From contig JBJXDU010000030.1 in NCBI GenBank assembly GCA_046153565.1, positions 3,793-67,792 on the forward strand: a DNA stretch of 64,000 nt, written 5' to 3'. Shown here piece by piece: positions 45,904 to 55,204 of the stretch. Position numbers and translations under genes: made by a program. The notes below the pieces were generated by a model, which made no database searches, had not been told where the DNA came from, and worked only from the letters and a program-made list of their open reading frames with translations. Each line of letters begins with the position of its first letter. The stretch's first letter is position 1. Source of the DNA: Sphingomonadaceae bacterium (GTDB lineage: Bacteria > Pseudomonadota > Alphaproteobacteria > Sphingomonadales > Sphingomonadaceae).

Positions 45904-48321
45904 TCAAACCTTCATCTTCGCATTTTCGGGATCGTAAGCGGGATGTTCGAGCACCGTGCCAGCACGCCGTTCGCCTTGCAGCATGATGTCAAACGCCGAA
46001 CCCGGCACGGCATTTTCAATCGGCACACAGGCGAAGAACAGGCTCTTGCCCACGCGGTGGCCATAGCCGCCTGATGTGGTGAGGCCGATGCATTCGTCGC
46101 CAACGAGACAAGGCTCAGCCCCGCGCACATCGACGTTGCTGGCCTCGACTTCGCCGTAAACAATGCGGAACCGGTCGGGCGCATCGAGCGTCGCTTGCTT
46201 GCCGACGAAATCATCTTTCTTGAAATTGATGAAGCGCGGCAAATCGGCCTCGATCATCGTCAGTTCGTTGGTGAGTTCAGACCCCCAGGCTTTATAGCCC
46301 TTTTCCATCCGCATCGTATTGGCGGCGTAGAGTCCGTAATTGACGATGCCGAATTCCTGCCCCGCTTCCCACACCGCGTCGTAAAGCGCAGCGAGATCGC
46401 GGATTTCCGGATGCAACTCCCATCCCAATTCACCCGCATAGGAAACGCGGAGTGCAGTCATTTTGATCCCGGCGATCGACGCGACCCGCCCGCTCAACCA
46501 GCGGAAGCCTTCATTGCTCAGATCAACATCGGTCAGTTTGCTCAGCACATCGCGCGATCGCGGGCCATTCATCACCAGCACACCCCGGTCCATCGTCAGA
46601 TTGAGAATGGTAACATCTTCGTCCGGCATTTTGCTCTGATTAAGCCAATCCAAATCGCGCTGCTCGGCGGCGGCGGCAGAAAGGCAGTAAAAATAATTCT
46701 CAGCCAGTTTGGTAACAGTCATTTCGCCGTAAATGCGCCCTTGCTTTGACAGCAGATGCGTCAGCGCGATCCCCCCCATTTTCTTGGGCATCCGATTGGC
46801 GCAAATACGGTTCAGAAAAGCCTCGGCATCAGGGCCACACACATCATATTTGGCAAAGCCCGACAAATCGAGCACGCCGACGCGCTCAGCCACCGCCTTC
46901 ACTTCAGCAGCGACCGCATCGAAACTGTTGGTGCGATGATAACCGCCCTCTTCCTCAGCCCCGTCGAGCGCGAAATATTTTGGCCGTTCCCAACCATAGG
47001 TCTCGCCGTAAACCGCGCCTGCCGATTTCAATTTCTCATAGAGCGCGCTGGTCTTTTGCGGGCGGCCATCGGGTTCTTCTTCGCCGGGAAGCCGCGTAGT
47101 GAAGGTCATCCGGTAATCGAGGAACACCTTGTCGCGGCTATACTGTTCATCGGCATAGGGGCCGTAACGGCGCGGATCAAACTCGGTCATGTTGATGTCA
47201 GCATCGCCGAACACCATCCACTGCGCCATATATTTGCCAGCCCCGCCGCCCTGCGCGATGCCGAACGAGGTGCCGCAACATTGCCAGAAATTCCTGAGGC
47301 CCACGGCAGGCCCGAGCAGCGGCCCACCATCAGGAGTGTGCGGGATCGCGCCGTTGACGAAGCGGCGCAGGCCGACTTCGCCAAAGATCGGCATCCGCTC
47401 AATCGCGCGTTCAAGCCAGGGGGCGATCCGTTCCAGATCCTCGGGGAACAGCTCGCTGGTTGATTCCCATTCGGGATGCCCGCCGCGCGGCACCCAGGCC
47501 TCGGCAAGGCCGGTGCTTTCATAAACGCCGATCAGCCCGCTCTTCTGCTCCTGCCGGAAATAGCCCGAGACGTGCGGGCAGCGCATGACGGGAATTTCCT
47601 CGCCGCGCTCCTGAAAGGCCGGAATGGGATCAGTGACGACATAATGATGCTCCATATTGGTCACCGGAATGTCGATTCCCGCCATCTGCGCGACCCGCCG
47701 CGCATAGCACCCAGCGGCATTAACGACGATTTCGGCGCGAACCGTCCCCTGATCGGTGATCACGTCCCATTCGCCCGACGGTAATTGGGTGAGGCCCGTG
47801 ACAAGCGTTTTGCGCTGTATCTTCGCGCCCATGTTTTTGGCACCAATGGCAAGCGCATTGCAGATGCCCGATGGGTCAGCATGGCCATCCTGCGTCGTCC
47901 GCGCGCCCGCAATCACGCCGTCGAGCGTCATGAACGGATTGTGTTTGAGAATTTCTTGCGGAGGAATGATCTCCATGTCGAAGCCAATGATCTTCGAAAA
48001 ACCAAGAATATAGCGCATCCACGCCAGCTCGCGCTCATTGGTCGCAAGGCGGATGCCGCCCGATGCGTGCCAACTGACATATTGGCCCGTCAGCCCCTCC
48101 AGCTGCGGATAAAGCTGGTTTGAATAAGCATGCATTTTCGCCAGATTATAGCTGCCGGTGATATTGGGGCATTGCCCCGCCGCATGCCATGTCGAGCCTG
48201 AGGTTAGCTCATCCTTCTCGATCAGCAGGCAATCGGTCCAGCCGAGTTCCGCAAGATGGTAGAGCAATGACGCCCCCATGATCCCGCCCCCGATAATCAC
48301 AACTCGTGCTGATGACTGCAT
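45904..48321 (-). CDS. FAD-dependent oxidoreductase / GcvT fusion (dimethylglycine/sarcosine dehydrogenase-like), paralog 3
   Basis: Trimmed to MQSSARVVIIGGGIMGAS, with an AAGGAG SD 10 nt upstream of the ATG at 48321. SGSTWHAAG and a C-terminal GcvT domain (GELGWELH). Confidence 0.85.
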   Translation of the reverse strand: MQSSARVVIIGGGIMGASLLYHLAELGWTDCLLIEKDELTSGSTWHAAGQCPNITGSYNLAKMHAYSNQLYPQLEGLTGQYVSWHASGGIRLATNERELAWMRYILGFSKIIGFDMEIIPPQEILKHNPFMTLDGVIAGARTTQDGHADPSGICNALAIGAKNMGAKIQRKTLVTGLTQLPSGEWDVITDQGTVRAEIVVNAAGCYARRVAQMAGIDIPVTNMEHHYVVTDPIPAFQERGEEIPVMRCPHVSGYFRQEQKSGLIGVYESTGLAEAWVPRGGHPEWESTSELFPEDLERIAPWLERAIERMPIFGEVGLRRFVNGAIPHTPDGGPLLGPAVGLRNFWQCCGTSFGIAQGGGAGKYMAQWMVFGDADINMTEFDPRRYGPYADEQYSRDKVFLDYRMTFTTRLPGEEEPDGRPQKTSALYEKLKSAGAVYGETYGWERPKYFALDGAEEEGGYHRTNSFDAVAAEVKAVAERVGVLDLSGFAKYDVCGPDAEAFLNRICANRMPKKMGGIALTHLLSKQGRIYGEMTVTKLAENYFYCLSAAAAEQRDLDWLNQSKMPDEDVTILNLTMDRGVLVMNGPRSRDVLSKLTDVDLSNEGFRWLSGRVASIAGIKMTALRVSYAGELGWELHPEIRDLAALYDAVWEAGQEFGIVNYGLYAANTMRMEKGYKAWGSELTNELTMIEADLPRFINFKKDDFVGKQATLDAPDRFRIVYGEVEASNVDVRGAEPCLVGDECIGLTTSGGYGHRVGKSLFFACVPIENAVPGSAFDIMLQGERRAGTVLEHPAYDPENAKMKV

Positions 48322-48440
48322 GAAACGCCTGCTCCTTATATGCATAGCTTAGGCCGCGCAGGGGCACTGAGACAAATGGGTATTATGGGAGGATTGGTTC
48401 AAAATTTTTATGCGTCGATTGCAGCTTGCCGGTCATCCCC

Positions 48441-48455
48441 GTCAAAATTTTTGAC
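48441..48455. promoter_or_regulatory. Perfect AT-rich palindrome GTCAAAA-T-TTTTGAC in a divergent promoter region
   Basis: 7-bp arms with a 1-nt spacer. The related half-palindromes TTCAAAATTTTTATG (48398-48412) and CAATT-N5-AATTG (48465-48479) are nearby. Confidence 0.35.
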
Positions 48456-48536
48456 CCCTTCGCCCAATTTTTTCAATTGTAGCATCACCGCGCACGAGTC
48501 TTAGTTAGACTTTTTTGGTATAAGGACACGCGCTCC

Positions 48537-49490
48537 ATGAAAATCGGGTTCATCGGTCTCGGCAATGTTGGCGGAAAACTTGCGGGGAGCCTGATCCGCA
48601 ACGGCCATGATGTGACGGTGCGTGATCTTGATCCTGGGCTGGTGGCACACTTTGTTGAAAAAGGCGCAACTGCGGCCGCATCGCCGCGCGCATTGGCCGA
48701 GGCTGTCGATTTGATCATAACGTGCCTGCCCTCACCGGCCGCGAGCAGCGCGGTGGCAGAGGGCGAAGACGGCTTTCTGCCGGTGATAGCCCCCGGAAAA
48801 GTCTGGCTTGAGATGAGCACCACCGATTATAGCGAGATCATCCGGCTGGGCGCGCTTGTCGAGGCGCGCGGCGGTTTGTTCATGGAATGCCCGGTGTCGG
48901 GCGGATGCCACCGCGCCGATACGGGGAATATTGCCATCTTTGCCGGTGGCCCGCGCGCGGCGTTTGAAACGGTTCTGCCTGTGCTCACGACGATGGGTCG
49001 TCGCATTCTCCACACGGGTGATCTGGGCACCGCATCGCAGCTCAAGGTGATGACCAACTATCTCTGCACCACGCATCTGGTCGCGCTCGCCGAGGCGCTC
49101 ACGACGTGCAAAGCCATCGGGCTTGATATGAACACCACTTATGAAGCGATCCGGATTTCATCGGGCAACAGCTTCGTCCACGAAACCGAAAGCCAGGTGA
49201 TCCTGAACGGCAGCCGCGACATCAATTTCACGATGGATTTGGTCAGCAAGGATGTTGGCTTATTCGACAAAATCGCGCGTGAGGCAGGTGTGCCCGTTGA
49301 GCTATCGCCGCTCATTGTCCGCTTGTTCAAGGAAGGCGAGGCAGCCTACGGCCCACGCGAACATTCGCCCAATATCATCCGCCGTTATGAAGAACCACTG
49401 GGGATCAAAGTGCTAGGCACGGGCTTTCCGGCCGATATGATCGATGATGAACCCGAAGAACCAGGATATGAGGTTGTGCCCAAGCGGTAG
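48537..49490 (+). CDS. NAD(P)-dependent 3-hydroxyisobutyrate / 6-phosphogluconate dehydrogenase-family oxidoreductase
   Basis: 317 aa. MKIGFIGLGNVGGKLAGSL Rossmann start and HIBADH-like core, with an acidic C-terminal extension. Confidence 0.8.
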   Translation: MKIGFIGLGNVGGKLAGSLIRNGHDVTVRDLDPGLVAHFVEKGATAAASPRALAEAVDLIITCLPSPAASSAVAEGEDGFLPVIAPGKVWLEMSTTDYSEIIRLGALVEARGGLFMECPVSGGCHRADTGNIAIFAGGPRAAFETVLPVLTTMGRRILHTGDLGTASQLKVMTNYLCTTHLVALAEALTTCKAIGLDMNTTYEAIRISSGNSFVHETESQVILNGSRDINFTMDLVSKDVGLFDKIAREAGVPVELSPLIVRLFKEGEAAYGPREHSPNIIRRYEEPLGIKVLGTGFPADMIDDEPEEPGYEVVPKR

Positions 49491-49618
49491 GCTGGTGATA
49501 TCGCCTTCATATAGGCCTCACAGGGCGCCTCAAAACCCTGCCAGCTACCTACCTAGCTGCCCCCTTCCATATCGAGCCTCAGCCTAGCTTAAAATCGATT
49601 TTAGAGCCTATCTGGTTT

Positions 49619-50533
49619 CTACTTCACACTTTCCGAATGCGCTACAACCCAATCCATAAAGGTTCGTACGCGGACATTCTCCTTCATGTCCTTGCGGCAA
49701 ATCAGGCCCCAGCTGCCGGGGCAAACGGCAAAGTGATCGACCGGCGTCACCAGCCGCCCACTCGCGAGATCAGAATCGACAAACGGCCCGTTGACGAGCG
49801 CAATGGCTTCGCCCTCAAGCGCCATTTCAAGCGCGACCGCCAGCGTATCGACAACAAGCGTAGGCGATATCCCCGCGCATGCCACCCCCGCCGAGGCAAA
49901 CCATGCTTCCCAGTTGCGCACCTCTGTATAGACCGCGACCAAAGGCTGGACGAGCAAATCAGCCGCCACAAGGTTCGCTCCGATTTTGTCAGCAAGTGCG
50001 GGACTGCATACCGGATAGACGGCATAGTCAAACAGCGGCACCCAGTGATATTTGCCGGGGTCGGGCACCGTTTCACAATAGACAAGCCCGACATCGGCAT
50101 GAACGTCATCAAATTCCCATTCAACCGCGCAGGTGCTGAGCGTCAGTTTGACCTGCGGATGATCGGTCAAGAAGTGCGGCACGCGCTTCGCCAACCAACG
50201 GATCGATGCCGTGACATAGGTTTGCACGCGTAAAGGTTTATCGAGCGCGTGGCGATGTACCGCCTCGACCCCTTCGATGAGCGAATCGAACGCCGCGCGC
50301 ACATAGGGGTAAAGCGCGCGGCCCTCCTCGGTCGAAACGATATGCCGCCCCTCTTGCGCAAATAGCTGCACGCCCAGCGCATCTTCGATCAACTGCACCT
50401 GATGGCTGACCGCGGGATGCGTCAGGCAAAGTTCGTCGGCAGCATCGCGAATACTTTGATGGCGCGTCGCGGCCTCAAAGCCTTTGAGCGCTTTTAGCGG
50501 CGGCAGCGCTTTCAGGTTGATCTTGGTTGGCAT
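49619..50533 (-). CDS. LysR-family transcriptional regulator (GcvA-like)
   Basis: 304 aa. LPPLKALKGFEAATRHQSIRDAADELCLTHPAVSHQVQLIE is the GcvA-subfamily HTH pattern. Confidence 0.85.
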   Translation of the reverse strand: MPTKINLKALPPLKALKGFEAATRHQSIRDAADELCLTHPAVSHQVQLIEDALGVQLFAQEGRHIVSTEEGRALYPYVRAAFDSLIEGVEAVHRHALDKPLRVQTYVTASIRWLAKRVPHFLTDHPQVKLTLSTCAVEWEFDDVHADVGLVYCETVPDPGKYHWVPLFDYAVYPVCSPALADKIGANLVAADLLVQPLVAVYTEVRNWEAWFASAGVACAGISPTLVVDTLAVALEMALEGEAIALVNGPFVDSDLASGRLVTPVDHFAVCPGSWGLICRKDMKENVRVRTFMDWVVAHSESVK

Positions 50534-50617
50534 GGGCGCACCATATGGCGATCGGACGGCGACGCAATCGGTAAATTTTGTTCAGGCCTTAAATCCTCCC
50601 CGCGCGACCGCGAATAT

Positions 50618-52975
50618 CTATTGGCGCGACCTGAACGTCACCCCAACCACGCGCGGGTCACTTGGGTTGCCAAGGATCAGGCCCGAATTGCCCGCCTGGA
50701 TCGTCACATTCTGGATGTAGTCGGCGCCAAACAGATTGCGCACGAAAAGCGCCACTTCCCACCCCTTGGCACTGCGCAGGGCGATACTCGCATTGGTGAT
50801 CGAATAGCCGTCAATCACGGTAAAGCGCGAAAGGGCTGCATCACCATTATAGCGGCTGCGAAAACTCGTATCGCTATGGAGAGCAAGACTCACGCCCTGC
50901 CCAACCGGCACCGTATAATCGGCACCTATCGTGGTCGACCAGCGCGACAGGCCGACCAGCCGTTGCCCCGTCAAATTGCACGCGGCGGTCGCGCTCGTTT
51001 GCTGCTCAAGCGGGCAAGGCCCCGCTGGATAATCGGCATAGCGCCCATCGGCAAAGGCTGTCGAAGCGCGAAGGTGGAGGCGCGGTGTGATCTGTGCGGT
51101 GGCGTCGATCTCAAAACCTTTAACCGTGACCCGAGGGATATTCGAGAGGAAACCGCGCAGCGCCACGGTCTGGCTGCTATCGACAATTGTTGCCTGAAAA
51201 TTGTGCACCTGCGTGTAGAAATTGGCAATGTTGATGATCAGCCTCTTGTCAAAGAGCTGCGCCTTCACCCCGCCCTCATAGGTGGTATTGACCTCTGGGC
51301 GAATGACGGCGGTTGAAAGCACGGGCTGATTTTGCGCGTTCAGTGGCAATCCAGACACGTTTATCCCGCCCGATTTGAACCCGCGCGCGGCGCTGACATA
51401 GGCAAAGACATTTGGGGTCACTTGCCACCCCGCATTGGCGCGGCCCGACAAATTGCCTTCCCGATCGCGCGCGGCGTAGCTTTGCGGGCGCAACACCGAA
51501 AGCCGCGCCGCGATCAGCGCGGAATTGGTCGTCGGCGGGCTGCCGGCAACGGTCAGGTCATAACTGGCTGACCTCACCTCACTCGTGTAGCGCAAGCCAC
51601 CCGTGATCGTGAGACGTGGCGTGATGCGCCAGTTGACCTCTCCAAACGCCGCATAGCTATCAACGCGAAACCGCGTGGCGCCGTCGCTGCCATAGCCGTC
51701 TAACAAATCAGCGGGCACGGGCGTGTTGCTCGCCCCCGTGGTCGCGCCGATAAGATAATAAGCCCCCGCCGGGCCAAAGATGCTGATCGGTCGCCCGCTA
51801 ATCTTCTGGGTGAAATAATAGAACCCGGCGACATAGCTGACCGCCCGTTCCCCGTTTGAGGCAATGCGCAGTTCCTGGCTAAATTGATCCTGCCGCGACG
51901 GAATGCGCTGGATCGACTGAACGGGGAGCCCCGTAAAATCGCGGTCATTCGCCGCATCCCAATTCCAGAACCGCCACGCACTGACCGAGGTGAGCGTGAC
52001 CGGCCCCGCATCCCAGTCTGCAATAGCGGATACCCCGCCCTCACTAGTATCGACACCGATGGGCGCATCGATATTAGTCACGCGGTCATAAATGTTGAGG
52101 CTAGGCGGCGCATAAGCCCCGCCCGGCGCGTTGGCGGCAAGGAAGGGATATTGCCGCGACGCAGGTCGCAGACTTTGCCCTCCGCGCAAAAAGACCTGCG
52201 TGCAGCATACCGCTTTGAACGCGGCGAAATCCGCCGTCAGCCGCAGTTGGAACGCTGCGGAAGGTTTGATCAGCAATTGTCCGCGCACGGCTTGGTTGCC
52301 GATGGTGTTCATATCCGCGCCGCTGCGGACATTGCGGATCACGCCGTCGCGCCGCGTGGTCAGTCCAGAGACCCGAAACGCAATTATGTGGCCAAATAGC
52401 GGTCCGGTGAGCGATGCTTTGGCTTGCACGAAATTGAAGCTGCCAACCGAAACCTCCTCGGTGGCACCGGGTGTAAAGCTCGGTGGCGCGGTGCGGATGG
52501 CGATGACGCCCGCAGTCGTGTTCTTTCCAAACAAAGTGCCTTGCGGCCCCCGCAGCACTTCAATCTGATCAATATCAGTAAAATCGAACGCTGCGGTTGC
52601 GGGGCGGGCGTGATAGACTTGATCGACGTAGAAGCCGACGCCAGGTTCCAGCCCGTCATTAGCATTGCTCACCGCCACTATGCTGCTCCCCAGCCCCCGG
52701 ATCGTGATGGCGGTATTGCGCGGATTCGCCGAACTATAGGCAAGCGCGGGCACGAGCAGGCTCAGTTGTTGCGTGTTGACGGTGTACGACTGGTCAAGCA
52801 GATCGCGCCCAACTACCGACGCCGCAACAGGTACGCTTTCAAGCGCTTCGCTGCGCCCGCGCGCGGTGATGACGATATCCTCGCTCTGCGCGAGCGCGGG
52901 GAACGGGGCTAATAGCAGCAGCGCTGCCGGTGCGACGCCAATAGCCGCGAAACGCGAACCTCTATATTTTATCAT
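50618..52975 (-). CDS. TonB-dependent outer-membrane receptor
   Basis: I prefer the MIKYRGSRFAAIGVAPAALLLLAPFPALAQ signal peptide as the start, but no clear SD is present and the track start is 53149. Plug motifs IVITARGR ... IEVLRGPQGTLFGKNTTAG. The barrel ends ...GVTFRSRQ, which is not the usual aromatic terminus. Confidence 0.82.
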   Translation of the reverse strand: MIKYRGSRFAAIGVAPAALLLLAPFPALAQSEDIVITARGRSEALESVPVAASVVGRDLLDQSYTVNTQQLSLLVPALAYSSANPRNTAITIRGLGSSIVAVSNANDGLEPGVGFYVDQVYHARPATAAFDFTDIDQIEVLRGPQGTLFGKNTTAGVIAIRTAPPSFTPGATEEVSVGSFNFVQAKASLTGPLFGHIIAFRVSGLTTRRDGVIRNVRSGADMNTIGNQAVRGQLLIKPSAAFQLRLTADFAAFKAVCCTQVFLRGGQSLRPASRQYPFLAANAPGGAYAPPSLNIYDRVTNIDAPIGVDTSEGGVSAIADWDAGPVTLTSVSAWRFWNWDAANDRDFTGLPVQSIQRIPSRQDQFSQELRIASNGERAVSYVAGFYYFTQKISGRPISIFGPAGAYYLIGATTGASNTPVPADLLDGYGSDGATRFRVDSYAAFGEVNWRITPRLTITGGLRYTSEVRSASYDLTVAGSPPTTNSALIAARLSVLRPQSYAARDREGNLSGRANAGWQVTPNVFAYVSAARGFKSGGINVSGLPLNAQNQPVLSTAVIRPEVNTTYEGGVKAQLFDKRLIINIANFYTQVHNFQATIVDSSQTVALRGFLSNIPRVTVKGFEIDATAQITPRLHLRASTAFADGRYADYPAGPCPLEQQTSATAACNLTGQRLVGLSRWSTTIGADYTVPVGQGVSLALHSDTSFRSRYNGDAALSRFTVIDGYSITNASIALRSAKGWEVALFVRNLFGADYIQNVTIQAGNSGLILGNPSDPRVVGVTFRSRQ

Positions 52976-53206
52976 ATATTGAGGATCGCTACAAAGCGTC
53001 GCGTGCCCGCGCAAGGCATGTTTCACAAAATGCGACGAAAGCATGATGCCTTTTGATTGATCCGCATGATCCCCAGGAGCGATTGGGGGCGAAGCGTAGC
53101 GCAGCATCGAAAGCGCGTATCGAAGCCCTTCTATACGCGTCTTCGGCAAATTCAGCCGCTACGCAGAATCATGGCGAGGTTTGGATCAATGCAGTGTCAC
53201 CATATT

Positions 53207-53608
53207 TCAATCGCCGGGAGGTAGCGTTTTCACTGGTGTGGGCATATCGCGCAGATGTTGTACCAGCTGACGATAAATCTCGCTGTCATGTATAGCCGCC
53301 GTATCGCGCTCAAGCGTGCGGTAGGCGGCGAGCACACTTTTGCCCTGCACTGTCACTCGCGCCCCGCGTTCACGCCCGCCGCCCGACAGCGTCTCAACCA
53401 GCTTTGTCTCAAAGCAGCGGTTCATTTCATCAACGAGCAGCCATGTCCGCCGATAGCTCATGCCCAGCGCCCGCCCAGAGGCTGCAATCGAGCCCTCGCG
53501 CGCAATCGCATCAAGCAAATCTGCCTTCCCCGGCCCAAAGGCAACGGCGTCACCGCACATCAATTGAAGCTTCAATTTTAAGGGGCCGATGCGCATACAT
53601 CGATCCAT
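53207..53608 (-). CDS. ModE N-terminal-domain-like winged-helix regulator
   Basis: The trimmed ORF avoids overlap with the TetR gene. GPGKADLLDAIAREGSIAASGRALGMSYRRTWLLVDEMN matches the ModE/LysR-type HTH pattern. The start, 53608 or 53596, is uncertain. Confidence 0.6.
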   Translation of the reverse strand: MDRCMRIGPLKLKLQLMCGDAVAFGPGKADLLDAIAREGSIAASGRALGMSYRRTWLLVDEMNRCFETKLVETLSGGGRERGARVTVQGKSVLAAYRTLERDTAAIHDSEIYRQLVQHLRDMPTPVKTLPPGD

Positions 53609-53738
53609 AGCAAGGATGAGCGGTGGGGGGAACGGCTTCGATCTCCCACTGGACTGCCAGTACGAACTGAAGGTCGGCTTATGGCATTCGCGATGGTAAG
53701 GAGCAATGACCGAAAACTTATCGACTCCCGACACCCAT

Positions 53739-54347
53739 TCAGCTGCGTTCCCCACCCAGCAGCGCCTCAAGCTCCAGAATGGATTTGCGCGCGAGCGCCA
53801 GCACGCGATCAGCCATCGGATCACCCGCCAAGATGCGCGAGATCATCATCGCGCCGATCATCATTGACCAGGCGGATACCGCAAATTGTTCGGTGTCCTG
53901 ATCGGTCTCGCCCTCAACTTCCCTGCCAAGCGCATCCCCCATCACATTGAACGATTTGGCAAGCTGCTGCGCCATGATGGCGCGTACTTGGCGGTCGGCG
54001 CGCCCCACTTCGCCCGCGAGCGTCGGGATGGCACAGCCGCTGGCCGGGTGATCGCGGTGCGCGAGGCTGAGGTAACTGTTGACGATAGATTTGACGGTCA
54101 TGCTGCCCTGCCCACCCGTATGAGCAGCAGCAGCCTTTTCGCCATCCGCCAGCGCTTGTTCAAGCGCCGCAGCGACAAGAGCGTCGCGCGAGTCAAAATG
54201 CCCGTAAAATCCGCCATGGGTGAGATTGGCCGACTTCATAATCTCGCCAACGCTGATTCCGTCGAGCCCGGCTTCGCGGATGCGGGTGGCGGCCGCTGCC
54301 AAAATGCGATTTCGGCTCAGTGCTTTTTCAGCCTTTGAATGTCCCAC
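53739..54347 (-). CDS. TetR-family transcriptional regulator
   Basis: 202 aa. N-terminal HTH RILAAAATRIREAGLDGISVGEIMKSANLTHGGFYGHFDSRDALV. Divergent from the SDR operon. Confidence 0.85.
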   Translation of the reverse strand: MGHSKAEKALSRNRILAAAATRIREAGLDGISVGEIMKSANLTHGGFYGHFDSRDALVAAALEQALADGEKAAAAHTGGQGSMTVKSIVNSYLSLAHRDHPASGCAIPTLAGEVGRADRQVRAIMAQQLAKSFNVMGDALGREVEGETDQDTEQFAVSAWSMMIGAMMISRILAGDPMADRVLALARKSILELEALLGGERS

Positions 54348-54455
54348 TTGTACCCTCCGTTTGCATCAAGGCCAACGGTGACCCTGCGCCCTTGACCATC
54401 TGAATGACAATCATCATACAGGCGGTCAACAGCAATCATAAGAGGATTAGGGCCC

Positions 54456-55199
54456 GTGAAACACGCGCCGACAAAGCAAGTCTGCCTGGTGATCGGTGCG
54501 GGCGACGGCGTGGGCGGGGCCATCGCCAAGGCTTTTGCGGCAGAAGGCATGGCTGTCTGCGTCACACGACGCGCCCGGAACAGGGAACAGCTTGAGGCGC
54601 TTGCAGAGGCCATCCGTAGTACGGGCGGCGAAGCGCATGCTTTCGGCGTGGATGCACGGTCTGAAGACGAAACCAAAGCGTTGTTCACCACAATCGAACG
54701 GGACATCGGACCGATCAGCGTGGTGGTGTTCAACATCGGGGCCAACGTCCAGTTTGGCATTCGCGAAACGACCATGCGGGTCTTCACCAAAGTTTGGGAA
54801 ATGGCCTGTCTCGCCGGATTTCTCGCCGGGCGCGAGGCCGCGAACGTCATGGTGCCGCGCCAAAAGGGCAGCATCATTTTTACCGGGGCGACCGCCAGTA
54901 TCCGAGGCCGCGAAAACCTGTCCGCCTTTGCTGCCGCCAAGAACGGCCTGCGCGCCGTCGCCCAGTCAATGGCGCGTGAGCTGGGGCCGCTGGGCATCCA
55001 TGTCGCCCATGTCATCTGCGACGGGGCGATTGACGGCGTGTTCACGCGCTCACGGATTGACGATGTGACGCCATTGCTCGAGGAAGACCTCATCCTCAAA
55101 CCCGATGAAATCGCGCGCAATTATGTCATGCTGCACAATCAACAGCGCTCGGCTTGGACCCACGAACTCGATCTGCGCCCCTGGCGCGAAAAATGGTAA
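54456..55199 (+). CDS. Short-chain dehydrogenase/reductase (SDR)
   Basis: 247 aa. VCLVIGAGDGVGGAIAKAF cofactor loop and SDR core. Track ORF 54317..55120(-) is its antisense shadow. Confidence 0.83.
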   Translation: MKHAPTKQVCLVIGAGDGVGGAIAKAFAAEGMAVCVTRRARNREQLEALAEAIRSTGGEAHAFGVDARSEDETKALFTTIERDIGPISVVVFNIGANVQFGIRETTMRVFTKVWEMACLAGFLAGREAANVMVPRQKGSIIFTGATASIRGRENLSAFAAAKNGLRAVAQSMARELGPLGIHVAHVICDGAIDGVFTRSRIDDVTPLLEEDLILKPDEIARNYVMLHNQQRSAWTHELDLRPWREKW

Positions 55200-55204
55200 G
55201 GGAA

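Noticed and set aside
49590-49603. TAAAATCGATTTTA palindrome considered as a bidirectional terminator between convergent genes
   Set aside because: It has 7-bp all-AT arms with no loop and no flanking U-tract, so a stable terminator hairpin is not expected. It is mentioned only as a possible protein-binding dyad.
52976-53206. Possible riboswitch (cobalamin or TPP) in the 5' leader of the second TonB receptor
   Set aside because: I read the minus strand looking for the B12 box (GCCACTG context) and for the TPP CUGAGA/ACCUGA elements and found neither. Only a generic GCGTAT...ATACGC hairpin is present.
54317-55120. Large antisense ORFs, for example 54317..55120(-), 57092..57886(-), 34361..35323(+), 44662..45840(+), 7753..8607(+), 59176..60396(+), 12471..13190(-), 24342..25259(-) and 16798..17649(+)
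   Set aside because: These are typical high-GC shadow ORFs opposite well-supported genes. Their composition is Arg/Ala/Pro/His-rich and they contain no recognisable motifs.
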